A DNA stretch of 64,000 bases from Candidatus Poribacteria bacterium (GCA_965242965.1 OZ251518.1:3136001-3200000); one strand, 5' to 3'; counted from the stretch's first letter, positions 9,300-18,995 are shown. The notes: generated from the letters alone by a model not told the origin. Program-made: numbers and translations.

Positions 9300-9552
9300 T
9301 GTTAAATACCTCCGTTTTATGAGCAGGATTTACACGATTATACAAGATTTACCAAGATTACCATTCTGTATTCAAACTTTGCTTGTGGCGGGCCACAGGC
9401 GGTTGAATACGAACCTATAAATAGGATATCATCTTTTCTAGCGTTTGTCAAGAAAAAAAATGGATAGCGCGCGGTTTTTCCTTGACACCTCAATTCAGAA
9501 TAGGGTATCATAAGAAGTTGGGAAGACTCTCCAAGAATGAGGTGATTTTATC

Positions 9553-10158
9553 ATGGCATATAACAGTTGGACCTTGGATACAGTGCAGGAAACATTTGAA
9601 CTCGAAGAGATTGATGCTCAAGGACTCTTTGCTGATATTGAACCGGTGACACCAAGCGCGCATCTGATAACAGCACTGGAACGAAAAACCGCCCTCGCCA
9701 TCGCTATCAGCACGGAAAAAGCGAAATCCGAACTCATTGTCGCCGATGTGCTGGTGGAACTCCGGGAACATTTTGAACGACGCATCAGCTTTTTCTCCGG
9801 GATTGAATTCAACGTTGATGCGGAAAACGAATTGAACGGAGTCTGTGATTTCGTCGTCAGTCTCTCGCCACGGCAATTTTCTTTGAAGGCACCTGTCATC
9901 GTCCTTGTTGAAGCCAAACGGGATAACCTTACCGAGGGGCTCGGGCAGTGTAGTGCCGAAATGGTAGCCGCGCAACGGTTTAACGCAAACGCCGGGAATG
10001 ACATCCCGTGCGTCTACGGCGCGACGACTTCGGGCACGGCGTGGCTCTTCCTGAAATTGGAGGGGCAGCGGCTCTCTATTGACATGAACGCTTATCATAT
10101 CGAGCGGTGCGATAGGATTCTCGGCATCCTTGCGAGTATGGTAGCCCAAAAGGCGTGA
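9553..10158 (+). CDS. 201-aa PD-(D/E)XK / HsdR-N-like hypothetical protein
   Basis: GVCDF...VLVEAKRD motif; GAGG RBS; TTGACA(9482)-18-TATCAT promoter; paralog of 1614..2219. Confidence 0.75.
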   Translation: MAYNSWTLDTVQETFELEEIDAQGLFADIEPVTPSAHLITALERKTALAIAISTEKAKSELIVADVLVELREHFERRISFFSGIEFNVDAENELNGVCDFVVSLSPRQFSLKAPVIVLVEAKRDNLTEGLGQCSAEMVAAQRFNANAGNDIPCVYGATTSGTAWLFLKLEGQRLSIDMNAYHIERCDRILGILASMVAQKA

Positions 10159-10225
10159 ACGGCATCATAAGCAATGAAAACCGCGCGGGCGATTCTGATG
10201 AATGGCCCGCGCTGTTTCGTTTGCG

Positions 10226-10873
10226 TTATGCGCGCCGGTCTTTTTCCGCTTCCGCTTCTTCAAGGCGTTGGCGGTATATCTCGGCACTTTCCCGATAGCT
10301 GTCGGCGCTGTGCCGGTAGGCTTCCGCGCTTTGTTGGTAGTCGTCAGCTCGGCGTTCGGCTTCCTCAGCTCGGCGTTCGGCTGCCTCGGCGCGGCGTATC
10401 GCTGCCTCAGCGCGCTGTTCTGCTGCCTCAGCGCGCTGTTCTGTCGCCCCAGCGCGCTGTTCTGTCGCCTCAGCGCGCTGTTCTGCAGCCCCAGCGAGCC
10501 GTATCGCTTCCGCAATGCTCTGTTCTTGCTCGTCGAGGCGCTGCCGGTATTCGGCATTCAGTTTTTTCACATCTAAATAATACATGATTCGCTCCAAAAT
10601 TTTACAGATAATCAGGATGAGGACCGGGAATCCAAATAGGAACTCCGACAGATGTGTCCAGATGGCTCCGGCGATGTCAACTGCTGGCGTGCCGGCTGTT
10701 ATCCCACTCCGCACCTTCATAATCACAACCCAAGCGGTATAGAAAGGTGAGACGAAGAGGAAAATCGCCACGGCGGGATTTAACCATCTTTTCGGTATGC
10801 CGCCGGGGAATGCGACGTATTCTTCGTCATCTTTTTCTTTCGCGTCTTCTCGTGCATCGCGTGCATTTTTCAT
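10226..10873 (-). CDS. Two-TM membrane protein with heptad-repeat coiled-coil tail; internal GGAG-ATG at 10585
   Basis: EEYVAFPGGIPKRW resembles the VNFLGIKQSW/VQFLGVRRAW of relatives; two TMs; AEAAEQR 21-bp tandem repeats at about 10340-10500. Confidence 0.75.
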   Translation of the reverse strand: MKNARDAREDAKEKDDEEYVAFPGGIPKRWLNPAVAIFLFVSPFYTAWVVIMKVRSGITAGTPAVDIAGAIWTHLSEFLFGFPVLILIICKILERIMYYLDVKKLNAEYRQRLDEQEQSIAEAIRLAGAAEQRAEATEQRAGATEQRAEAAEQRAEAAIRRAEAAERRAEEAERRADDYQQSAEAYRHSADSYRESAEIYRQRLEEAEAEKDRRA

Positions 10874-10939
10874 GGTGATAGGATACCATGTTTTGATATG
10901 AAATGTCAAGGGGAAAAATCGGAGATGTTTAGTTGTTTG

Positions 10940-11425
10940 TGTTCGGGAGCGGGGGCCCTGTCTGTAGTTTAGGAGCACCTGCTCCGAATCCGTTTCGGGA
11001 GCAGGCCTTGTCTGTAGTTTAGGAGCGCCTGCTCCGAATCCGTTTTGAGCACCTCCCCTCTGTAGTTTAGGAGCACCTGCTCCGGATCTGTTCGGGCACC
11101 TCCCCCCCTCTGTAGTTTAGGAGCGCCTGCTCCGGATCTGTTTGAGCACCTCCTCCCTCTGTAGTTTAGGAGCGCCTGCTCCGAATCCGTTCGGGAGCAG
11201 GCGCTCCCGAACTACAGGGCCTGGGGTGCGCAGTCCCGAACTCTAGGGCCGTAGCGCGGTGGCTCCGGATCCGTTCGGGAGCAGGTGCTCCCGAACTACA
11301 GTGCCCTGGGGTGCAAGCCCGCAATACAGTGCCTGGGGAATGCGCGCCCGCGATAGGCCTCCCTCTGTAGGTTCGGAGCACCTGCTCCGAATCCGTTTCG
11401 GGAGCAGGCGCTCCCGAACTACAGA
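10940..11425. repeat. REP array (GTAG-TT[C/T][G/A]GGAGC[A/G]CCTGCTCC..GA) on one side of the RAYT gene
   Basis: About ten copies of a GTAG-led imperfect palindrome in both orientations. Confidence 0.85.
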
Positions 11426-11498
11426 CAGAGGCGAACCCCCGAATGACAGGACCTGGCAAGGCGCGCCTGAATGACAGCACCGAATTGGAGAACCGATG

Positions 11499-11963
11499 TC
11501 AAAATCCCATATCGAATTTGCAATACCAATACGGATACTCCTTCGCCGAGGCAACAAGACCTTTTCTTACCGGATTCTGATAGCAATAGCGGATAATCGT
11601 ATTTAATGCCGAATCATCACGGATGCCTTGCGCAAAATAGCGCGGCTGCCAAAAAGGACCACGGCGACCCAAACGTTCATTTATGTTCTTCGCTGTAAAA
11701 CTCTTGAGACGCTGCATCAGTTTCTCTAAAGGCAATTCGCTGCCTAATTGAATCACGGCGTGAAGGTGATCTGGCATGAGCATGAGACATTTCCAATTTA
11801 GATGTCCTTTGGATTCACGCCAGTTAAATGTATTGAGGATAACCGTCGCAGCCTGCGGGTTCGCCAGAATTGGGGCTCGGTCCCATGTTACGATGGTTAG
11901 GGCATAGTAGGTGCCAGGGACAGAACGGTGTTCGTTTTTGATTCGGTTTGAAGCGCGTTGCAT
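11499..11963 (-). mobile_element. REP-associated tyrosine transposase (RAYT, IS200/IS605 TnpA-like HUH Y1)
   Basis: Start 11963 with GGAGG; YYALTIVT, LMPDHLH (HUH), KSFTA, FWQPRY, IRYCYQNPVRKGL; flanked on both sides by GTAG palindromes. Confidence 0.9.
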
Positions 11964-11984
11964 GGAGGTTCCTCCAATATTTTT

Positions 11985-12520
11985 TGTCGTTCGGGATGTC
12001 CCGAACCCGGTGGGGCCATTATTTTGTAGTTCGGGAGCACCTGCTCCCGTTGGTGTTCGGAGCGGGCGCTCCGAACCTACAGACGATAGGGGCCTAATCC
12101 CCCAGGTTTGTAGTTCGGGAGCACCTGCTCCCGAACGGATTCGGCGATGGATGCCCGTTCCCGCGCGTGTTCGGAGCAGGCGCTCCGAACCTACAGAGGA
12201 GGAGGTGGCCAATCCCCCAGACCCTGTAGTGCCGATCCCCCCAGGTTTGTAGTTTGGGAGCGCCTGCTCCCGATACAAAAAAAAGAAGAGTAGTTCGGGA
12301 GCGCCCGCTCCCGAACGGTTCAGGAGCAGGTGCTCCTGAACTACAGATGACGGGCCCCATCCCATCGGTGTTCGGAGCAGGCGCTCCGAACCTACGGACG
12401 ATGACGATGGGAATGCCCAATCCCGATACGACCCCCAGGCCCTGTAGTTCGGGAGCACCCGCTCCCGATACAAAAAAAGAAGAGTAGGCCCTGTAGTTCG
12501 GGAGCGCCCGCTCCCGATAA
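11985..12520. repeat. REP array on the other side of the RAYT gene
   Basis: Repeated gtagttcgggagcacctgctcccga and the inverse ttcggagcaggcgctccgaacctac, forming paired (REPIN/BIME-like) units. Confidence 0.85.
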
Positions 12521-12566
12521 TAAAAAAAAAGAAGAGGGCGGGCAATTTAAAAAATTGCCCACCCTC
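12521..12566 (-). terminator. Rho-independent terminator of the large surface protein gene
   Basis: Minus strand reads gagggtgggcaattt-tt-taaattgcccgccctc followed by a T run. Confidence 0.8.
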
Positions 12567-12597
12567 AAGCGTTAGATGAGACCCCCCTGAGGGAGAC

Positions 12598-15500
12598 CTA
12601 CTCACGTGATTTCAAATCCCCCCACGTCGTCGTCGCTTTACCCGCAGCACCAATATAACCGCGTAAACGCGTGGTCCGCAAAGTGCGATGATCACCCGCT
12701 AAGGAGACATCTTCGATTTGATAGAAATACAGGACGTTCGGCTTCGCACTGGTGTCCGTCCACGTATACGCGGTCTTCTCACCCGTAGTACCAGCACCCG
12801 GAATTAACTGCGCATTGATACGCACAAACTCACCCGTCCGAGACTGACTCCGCAGAATGTTAAACCCTGCATTGTCTAACTCTGACTCCGTCGACCACGT
12901 GATGACAACCGCACCCGAATCGTTACGCTTCGAGTAGAAACTCGATAACTGAACAGGCAGCGGACCGCCTGCACGATAACCCGGCGTGCCGAGATCGTCT
13001 TCATCGCCGTAGTAGAGATCGTTGATATCAACTTTCTGCAGTCCATCAACTATTGCTGCGGAAATCCAGGCATCCTCTACCGTGCCGTCACTGAAGGAAC
13101 CTTCACGGCGAATCATGGAAGCACGTCCGCCTTCTTCAAGGTTACCACCCGGCAAGACCCAATCAGGATCGTCGTTGGTGCGCTTGTTACCGTCAGTGTT
13201 ACCCACCTCATCAACGACCTTATCTTTCGGGTCAGAAATGCTGAGGTAGAACCCTATGGAACTCAGCACGGCATCGCGCCGACTTGACATATCCAGCTCT
13301 GTCTTGTGATTATTCCAGAGGTTGTAAACTCGGGAAGCTGGGAAGTGCTCGCCTTTAGACGTACTCCCATGCGTCGACACAATCAGAACCGTCTGATTCG
13401 GGTGAACCTGAATCTTCTTCAGTTTGAGCGTGGCGTTAGTCGCCGTGCGCAAATCCTCATCGGGAGATTTAGTGTTCTGGATTTCCAGTGTCCAGTTCTC
13501 CAGATTCACTGTCTGCGTCATGGACGGGTTAAACAACTCGATCCACTGCGGCACGCGGCCATTGCCTGAGCCGAACATGATCTCGCTGATAACCACCGGA
13601 TTCGCATTCGTCAGACCGTCGGATTTCACCTCGCCCTGAACGGCGTTGTTCGGATAACCCGGTGTGCCGCTATTGAGGGTGTCTGCGCTCCGCTTATAAC
13701 CAGGTCCTTTCACGTCAGTCGTTTTCCACTCCTCGTGGTGGAAGAGTCCCTTGCCGAAATCACGGACCCAGGATTTGCCATCGTCTTTCTTCAAATCGTT
13801 GAGCGCGTCGGCATGAACCGGTTTCCTCGTCGATCTGAGCGGCCACACTTCCGTGGCACTCGCGGTATTCGCCACAAACTGATTGCCCGCGATATCCGCA
13901 ATCTTCTCATGCGAACCGAGTTTGGGCTCGGTGCGGAGAACCAGCATGAATTTGTCGTCAGGTATATTCAACTTATCTGTCTGATAATACCGGACAGACG
14001 AACCACCCCTGTTGCCTTTGTCTTCGCCATTCGGGTCATTAACGTCTGCACCCTCAGCGATGTTCGTTGAACTCGGATCGGTGTTGACGACTAACAGGTA
14101 GCCTTTGCCAGGGATGACAACGTCCTCATCACTCGCGAACTGGAACAACTTCTCATCCTTGCCATTATCGCCGACTTTGCTCAACTCATACTTGTTGATT
14201 GTGACATCGGAGCTGCCACGGTTGTGAAGTTCGATCCAGTCATTCGTAGCCCCACTACGGTTGGCAATCTCGTTGAAGACGATACCGCCGCGGTTGACTG
14301 TGGTCTTCCCAATAATCGCGAGAGGCTTCTCACCCGGTGTCCCTTTGCGCGTGCCGCTCAGGTTCCTACGTGAGGTGGAGGCTTCCCAACTACTATCTAA
14401 GGTCCCGTCGGGAACACCGTTCAACTGCTCCTTCCGGTTGTCCACACCGTTCGTATCGGTTAGGCCTGTGCCGCCTTTGTGATCAATTTTCTCAACTTTG
14501 TTGTAATCAATCTTACGCCGCATTGAGACGAGATCTCTCAGCGTCCCCGCGACACCAGGACTAAGCTTCGTTCTGCCACTCTGACCGTATTTGCCGCCTG
14601 AGGTATCAGAGATAGTCCAGTGAGACTGGCCTAACTGCCGATTGCTAAACCTATCGCTAACATTAGCAGCAGAAGTAGCACCGGAGATGAACTCAATTGT
14701 CCAATCCAAATCACCCGTGTCAATGATGCCGTCGGCAGTACCACGCGTGGTTTTGGTATTGTAGAGTTCAATCCACTGACTCATTGTCGGATCCGACAAG
14801 CCGTTATCGCTACCCCACATTACCTCACTGATAACCAGGTCTTCCGCTGTTGTTCCAGACGGACCGATTAAATCAATGGTGCCACCATCGTAAGCCAAGA
14901 AGTCTCTGATGTCTTGCCACAGGTCGTCGCGAATATCAACAACCGGGTAGTTAGTTCCAGAGACACCGTTCATGGCAGCATCTGCAGACTTCGCAATCAC
15001 CACAAAACGCGAACCATCATCAGCACTCGGCGTGATTTTGGGAAGTTTAAACGTAAATCCTTTTTTACCCCCGGTAAGTTCCCCCCCAATGCCTGTTGTT
15101 TGCTCGGAGGGATCTGGTGTAACCGGTGCCGTGAAACCAGTCAGAATGTCTCTACTGGATGTCACTGCATTGCCGTTACCAGCAGCATCCTCCACGGCAT
15201 TCGCCGCCACGGTGATAACCACCTTTTCGGCACCCGCATTCGGCGTGACGGTCGCTATGTAGGATTTGAAATCCTCAGGATTCGCTTTAAAGCCGGTGAT
15301 AGACGCATTAGAAGCCGTAACTTCATCCTCGGCCAATTCGTCATCGCCGAAGGCATCCCTATTAAGGGTTGGGTGTGTCGCATCATCCCCCGATCCCATC
15401 TGGTCGGTAAAGGTGAATTTTGCCGTAAAACCTACACCAACTGGCTGGTTGCCTTCCGGAACCTCAATGACTGCCACCGGCAAAACGGTATCAACCATAA

Positions 15501-16443
15501 CCTCTACCGCACCGTCTGCAAGTTCATCGTCGGTTTTAGTTGCCGAAATTGCAGCGTTGGATTTACCGCCAGCATCAGTAACGACTCCTGCCTTTACCCC
15601 TATAACTACCGACGAAGCACTAGCCTTAATGAGTGTGGCAACCGTATACTTGGACATGAGAGGAGATCCAGTGGACAATGCAGCAGATGTTTCGACCTCT
15701 GTAACCGTGCCAACATCCGTAACGCTTCCTCCAACAATATCAACAAGATCAGAACCATCATTCATGAACGTTGGTTCGGTCTTAAAGTCGGCATTATCGT
15801 AAATTGTGAAAGTCACCTCAAAAGGAGCACTACCTGCCTCTTCCGGGGCCGTAATTGTCACTACCGGTACCGGATTGTAGGTGTTATAGTGCACTATATG
15901 AGAAGTTCCAGATGCCGGCTGATCCGCCGCTGTATTCCAAGCATCTCCAGCAGCATCCTCAAATGCACCGGCGGGCGTGCTACCAGTAGTACCTCTAACA
16001 ACTAATGTTATAGTACCTGTTCCGTTCGCAGGAACTGTCACACCCACTGTAAACCACGTATTCGTTGTGGAAGGACCTGCATCAGCAATCGGCATTGGAG
16101 TTAACGTGATGCCTGCCGCCGCTACCTCACCGGTTGCAGTTGTCGCGGCCGGACTGCCATCAGTAATGGTAACCTTAAGATCTGCGGCATCAAATTTCTC
16201 GCTCGCCGTGGCACTAGCCACGTTTAGAGCCGTGTTAAACTTAATGATGAACAGATTCTTGGCACCGCCTGTGGTCAACGCCGTACCGGTACCTGCTCCA
16301 GTGGGTGTCATTGTGACCCGCTCTATCGAGCTAACGGTAGGCACAGTAGCCTGCACGTCCTCCACTGGCACCGCGAGGAATGCGATTCCTGCGATCAGCA
16401 GTAAGACGAAGAAACTCGGTAAGGAAAGTAATTTCCTTTCCAT
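12598..16443 (-). CDS. Large secreted surface protein: Ig-like repeats, three lamin-tail-like domains and a C-terminal sorting-type module
   Basis: Signal peptide; DAAG/DAGG Ig-like strands; VISEVMW..QWIELYN, VFNEIAN..DWIELHN, VISEIMF..QWIELFNP; LPVQLSSF..WSTESELDNAGFNILRS; ends GKATTTWGDLKSRE; GGAGG RBS. Confidence 0.85.
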   Translation of the reverse strand: MERKLLSLPSFFVLLLIAGIAFLAVPVEDVQATVPTVSSIERVTMTPTGAGTGTALTTGGAKNLFIIKFNTALNVASATASEKFDAADLKVTITDGSPAATTATGEVAAAGITLTPMPIADAGPSTTNTWFTVGVTVPANGTGTITLVVRGTTGSTPAGAFEDAAGDAWNTAADQPASGTSHIVHYNTYNPVPVVTITAPEEAGSAPFEVTFTIYDNADFKTEPTFMNDGSDLVDIVGGSVTDVGTVTEVETSAALSTGSPLMSKYTVATLIKASASSVVIGVKAGVVTDAGGKSNAAISATKTDDELADGAVEVMVDTVLPVAVIEVPEGNQPVGVGFTAKFTFTDQMGSGDDATHPTLNRDAFGDDELAEDEVTASNASITGFKANPEDFKSYIATVTPNAGAEKVVITVAANAVEDAAGNGNAVTSSRDILTGFTAPVTPDPSEQTTGIGGELTGGKKGFTFKLPKITPSADDGSRFVVIAKSADAAMNGVSGTNYPVVDIRDDLWQDIRDFLAYDGGTIDLIGPSGTTAEDLVISEVMWGSDNGLSDPTMSQWIELYNTKTTRGTADGIIDTGDLDWTIEFISGATSAANVSDRFSNRQLGQSHWTISDTSGGKYGQSGRTKLSPGVAGTLRDLVSMRRKIDYNKVEKIDHKGGTGLTDTNGVDNRKEQLNGVPDGTLDSSWEASTSRRNLSGTRKGTPGEKPLAIIGKTTVNRGGIVFNEIANRSGATNDWIELHNRGSSDVTINKYELSKVGDNGKDEKLFQFASDEDVVIPGKGYLLVVNTDPSSTNIAEGADVNDPNGEDKGNRGGSSVRYYQTDKLNIPDDKFMLVLRTEPKLGSHEKIADIAGNQFVANTASATEVWPLRSTRKPVHADALNDLKKDDGKSWVRDFGKGLFHHEEWKTTDVKGPGYKRSADTLNSGTPGYPNNAVQGEVKSDGLTNANPVVISEIMFGSGNGRVPQWIELFNPSMTQTVNLENWTLEIQNTKSPDEDLRTATNATLKLKKIQVHPNQTVLIVSTHGSTSKGEHFPASRVYNLWNNHKTELDMSSRRDAVLSSIGFYLSISDPKDKVVDEVGNTDGNKRTNDDPDWVLPGGNLEEGGRASMIRREGSFSDGTVEDAWISAAIVDGLQKVDINDLYYGDEDDLGTPGYRAGGPLPVQLSSFYSKRNDSGAVVITWSTESELDNAGFNILRSQSRTGEFVRINAQLIPGAGTTGEKTAYTWTDTSAKPNVLYFYQIEDVSLAGDHRTLRTTRLRGYIGAAGKATTTWGDLKSRE

Positions 16444-16639
16444 TTAAATTTACCTCCGTAAAGAGTATAAAAAACTAGAATCAATCATTATCATTGGGTA
16501 TCCGCCGTTCTCCTAACGCTTTGAGTTCGGTTTCTCCCAACGATCCTCAGGGAATTAGAAGAGTTTGCGTTTTTTGGCTTTCGCCGTGTTGCGTTTTCTT
16601 CTAATTGGCTAGAGAGCATTATTCGTTTCACGTTTTGTG

Positions 16640-17235
16640 CAAGAGCAGGTGCTCTTGCTCTACGGGTCGGGTATTTCCCCGTTTGGGGTGTTCCCCGTTC
16701 TGTAGTTCGGGAGCACCTGCTCCCGATTCGGGGTCTTATTTCCCCTCTGTAGTTCGGGAGCGCCTGCTCCCGATATGCAAGAGCAGGCGCTCTTGCTCTA
16801 CGGATGGGGTGTCATTCCCCTCTGTAGTTCGGGGTCTTATTTCCCCTCTGTAGTTCGGGAGCGCCTGCTCCCGATTGCAAGAGCAGGCGCTCTTGCTCTA
16901 CGGATGGGGTGTCATTCCCCTCTTGCTCTACGGGTCGGGTATTTCCCCGTTTGGGGTGTTTCCCTCTCTGTAGTTCGGGAGCGCCTGCTCCCGATTTCGT
17001 GAATCGAAATTCATGTTCTCTAGGGTAAACATCATCTAGAGCGTCAATCGCTCTAGTTGTCATCTAACTTATCCTAACTTCCGTTTTGATTTTCGTTCGA
17101 TCTGTAGGTAAAGAGCGCCTGCTCTTTACATCTTCGGGATCAGGCGATCCCGAACTACAGATGTGATGCCGTTCGTTCCGTTTCGGGCTCAGGCGATCCC
17201 GCACTACGTTTGGGTTGCGCCGATTCCGTTTCGGG
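16640..17235. repeat. REP cluster of the RAYT-linked family in the upstream region of the surface protein gene
   Basis: Multiple gtagttcgggagcgcctgctcccga and gagcaggcgctcttgctctac copies. Confidence 0.8.
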
Positions 17236-17544
17236 AATGGATACATCCATCTAAACGGGGTTAGGTCATTTAGGTTTGGATTGCGCGTTCGTGTGTCCGG
17301 TTGCTACGTGATAGAGTAGCCGTTGACACGGGTTAGTTCCGCTTTTGTTTTCGTTAGCGGCGATAAGTTGCGCGTTTCCGCACCATGATATTAAGTTGTC
17401 AACACACTCTAAAACGTGAGATATGAAAAGTCGGTTACAAAAAAAGTTCTGTAAAATCCGATTTTTCGTCATTTTTTTCACAAATTTTAGAGATTGGGTG
17501 GATTTTTGCGTCAAAAGTCGCGTTTTTCCACCGTGTTATGGTTA

Positions 17545-17812
17545 ATTATACCACAAAAAGTGTTGGATGTCAAATTTTTTGTGAAAAAAACTTGCATCGT
17601 TGGTTAATTTATCACAATTTGCGTTTTTTTGTCAAGAATTTTATCAGAAAAAATTATTATTCTCGAAAAAAGTTAAATTTTCGTAGATTTTGGTTAATCT
17701 GATTGCGCTTGACGAGTTAATTATACCATAAAAAGTGTTGGATGTCAAATTTTTTTTAGAAAATTTGCATCATGTTGGTTAATTTATCATATTTTGCGTT
17801 TTTTTGTCAAGA
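17545..17812 (-). promoter_or_regulatory. Duplicated pair of leftward sigma70 promoters
   Basis: Perfect TTGACA-17-TATAAT (with extended TG) at 17573-17545 and 17748-17720; a second TTGACA...TAAATT element upstream of each. Confidence 0.75.
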
Positions 17813-17834
17813 AAAAATGATAAAAAAATAATTT

Positions 17835-18620
17835 GAAGCAGGATTTGGAGCAGGATTTTCACGATTTTCCAAGATTTCGCAAGATATGAGCAGGATTGAG
17901 CAGGATTTGAAGCAGGATTTTCAAGAGAAGACAAGATTTCGCACGATTAGGTCTCTGATGCGCCGGATACCATTTTGGCAGGCCACGGGATATTCGGTGC
18001 ATCAGACCCCCAAAATCGTGGTAAATCGTGATAATCGTGCAAATCCGGAGCAGGATTTCCAGGATTTCGCACGATTTCGCAAGATTAGGTCTTTGGTGCG
18101 CCGGCGCGGTTTTGGCCTGTCCCCGCGGTGTTGGTGCACCAGAATCTATAATCTTGGTAATCTTGTATAATCGTGATAATCCTGCTCCGGATTTCCAAGA
18201 TTGTCAGGATTAGGTCTTTGAGGCACCCGCACCGTTTTGGCACACCACGGGGTATTCGGTGCACCAGACCCTATAATCTTGCTAATCCGGAGCAGGATTT
18301 TCAAGAGAAGACAAGATTTTCAGGATTAGGTTTCTGGTGCACCGGATACCATTTTGGCAGGCCACGGGATATTTGATGCATCAGACCCTACAATCTTGCT
18401 AATCTTGCGAAATCTTGTAAATCCTGCTTCAAATTGTGTTAATCCGGAGCAGGATTTTCACGATTTCCAGGATTTCACAGGATTTAGGTTTCTGATATAC
18501 CGACACCGCCGTGGCGTGCCAAAACCGCGCCGGTGCCTCAAAGACCTAATCTTGCGAAATCTTGTATAATCTTGTAAATCCTGCTTCAAATCGTGTATAA
18601 TCTTGTAAATCCTGCTCCTG
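17835..18620. repeat. Array of about five composite units: 9-bp tandem repeats, a ~60-bp hairpin core, then inverted 9-bp repeats
   Basis: Runs of caggatttt/caagattt, cores taggt(c/t)t..g.tgc.cc..ttttggc..cc.cgg..ggtgca.cagacc, then aatcttg/aatcctg runs; last unit inverted. Confidence 0.8.
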
Positions 18621-18623
18621 CTC

Positions 18624-18995
18624 CTACCTCCGCGGCCTGAAGATGCGTTTAACCTCCAGACTGTCGCCCCCGAAATTGATAAGCAATCCGAGGTCCAGAT
18701 CATAGGCGTGCAGATAATTTTTCGCCTGCACGATGTGCGCATTTTCTAGGGCGAGGACTGCCTTCAGTTCGACAACGATGCGATTGTCGACGATAAAATC
18801 GGCGCGTCGAGTGCCGACTTTATTACCTTTATAGTAGATAGGCTGTTCCACTTCGCGTCCGAATGGGAGTCCTTTGACCCCCAATTCGATTTCGAGGCAT
18901 CGTTGATAGATAACCTCCTGAAATCCTGCGCCGAGTTGTCGGTGGATTTCCATGGCACATCCGATAATTTCGTGGGTAATCGGGTCCTTCTTCAT
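18624..18995 (-). CDS. GxxExxY protein (PD-(D/E)XK nuclease family)
   Basis: IIGCAMEIHRQLGAGFQEVIYQRCL, RADFIVD...VELKA, GLLINFG; start 18995 with GAGGA. Confidence 0.9.
   Translation of the reverse strand: MKKDPITHEIIGCAMEIHRQLGAGFQEVIYQRCLEIELGVKGLPFGREVEQPIYYKGNKVGTRRADFIVDNRIVVELKAVLALENAHIVQAKNYLHAYDLDLGLLINFGGDSLEVKRIFRPRR

Noticed and set aside
10940-12520. CRISPR array
   Set aside because: The repeats occur in both orientations, are degenerate and irregularly spaced, have repetitive spacers and no cas genes; GTAG palindromes around a RAYT explain them.
11964-12605. N-terminal extension of the transposase ORF and the many small ORFs in 11166-12487 and 16605-17246
   Set aside because: These are translations of REP arrays (recurrent SGAGAPEL/VVRERLLP peptides); a good RBS and ATG lie at 11963.
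14914-16005. Long antisense ORFs (also 44411..45706, 52286..53191, 27663..28496, 59950..60858)
   Set aside because: They are shadow frames opposite well-supported genes and have no recognisable motifs.
16445-16625. Known riboswitch (e.g. c-di-GMP) upstream of the surface protein gene
   Set aside because: Hairpins and a GAAA loop are present, but I could not match a full consensus by eye; a covariance-model search is needed.
17886-18742. Small ORFs with QDF/ILxIL repeats
   Set aside because: They are by-products of the 9-bp periodic repeats, with no RBS or domain evidence.
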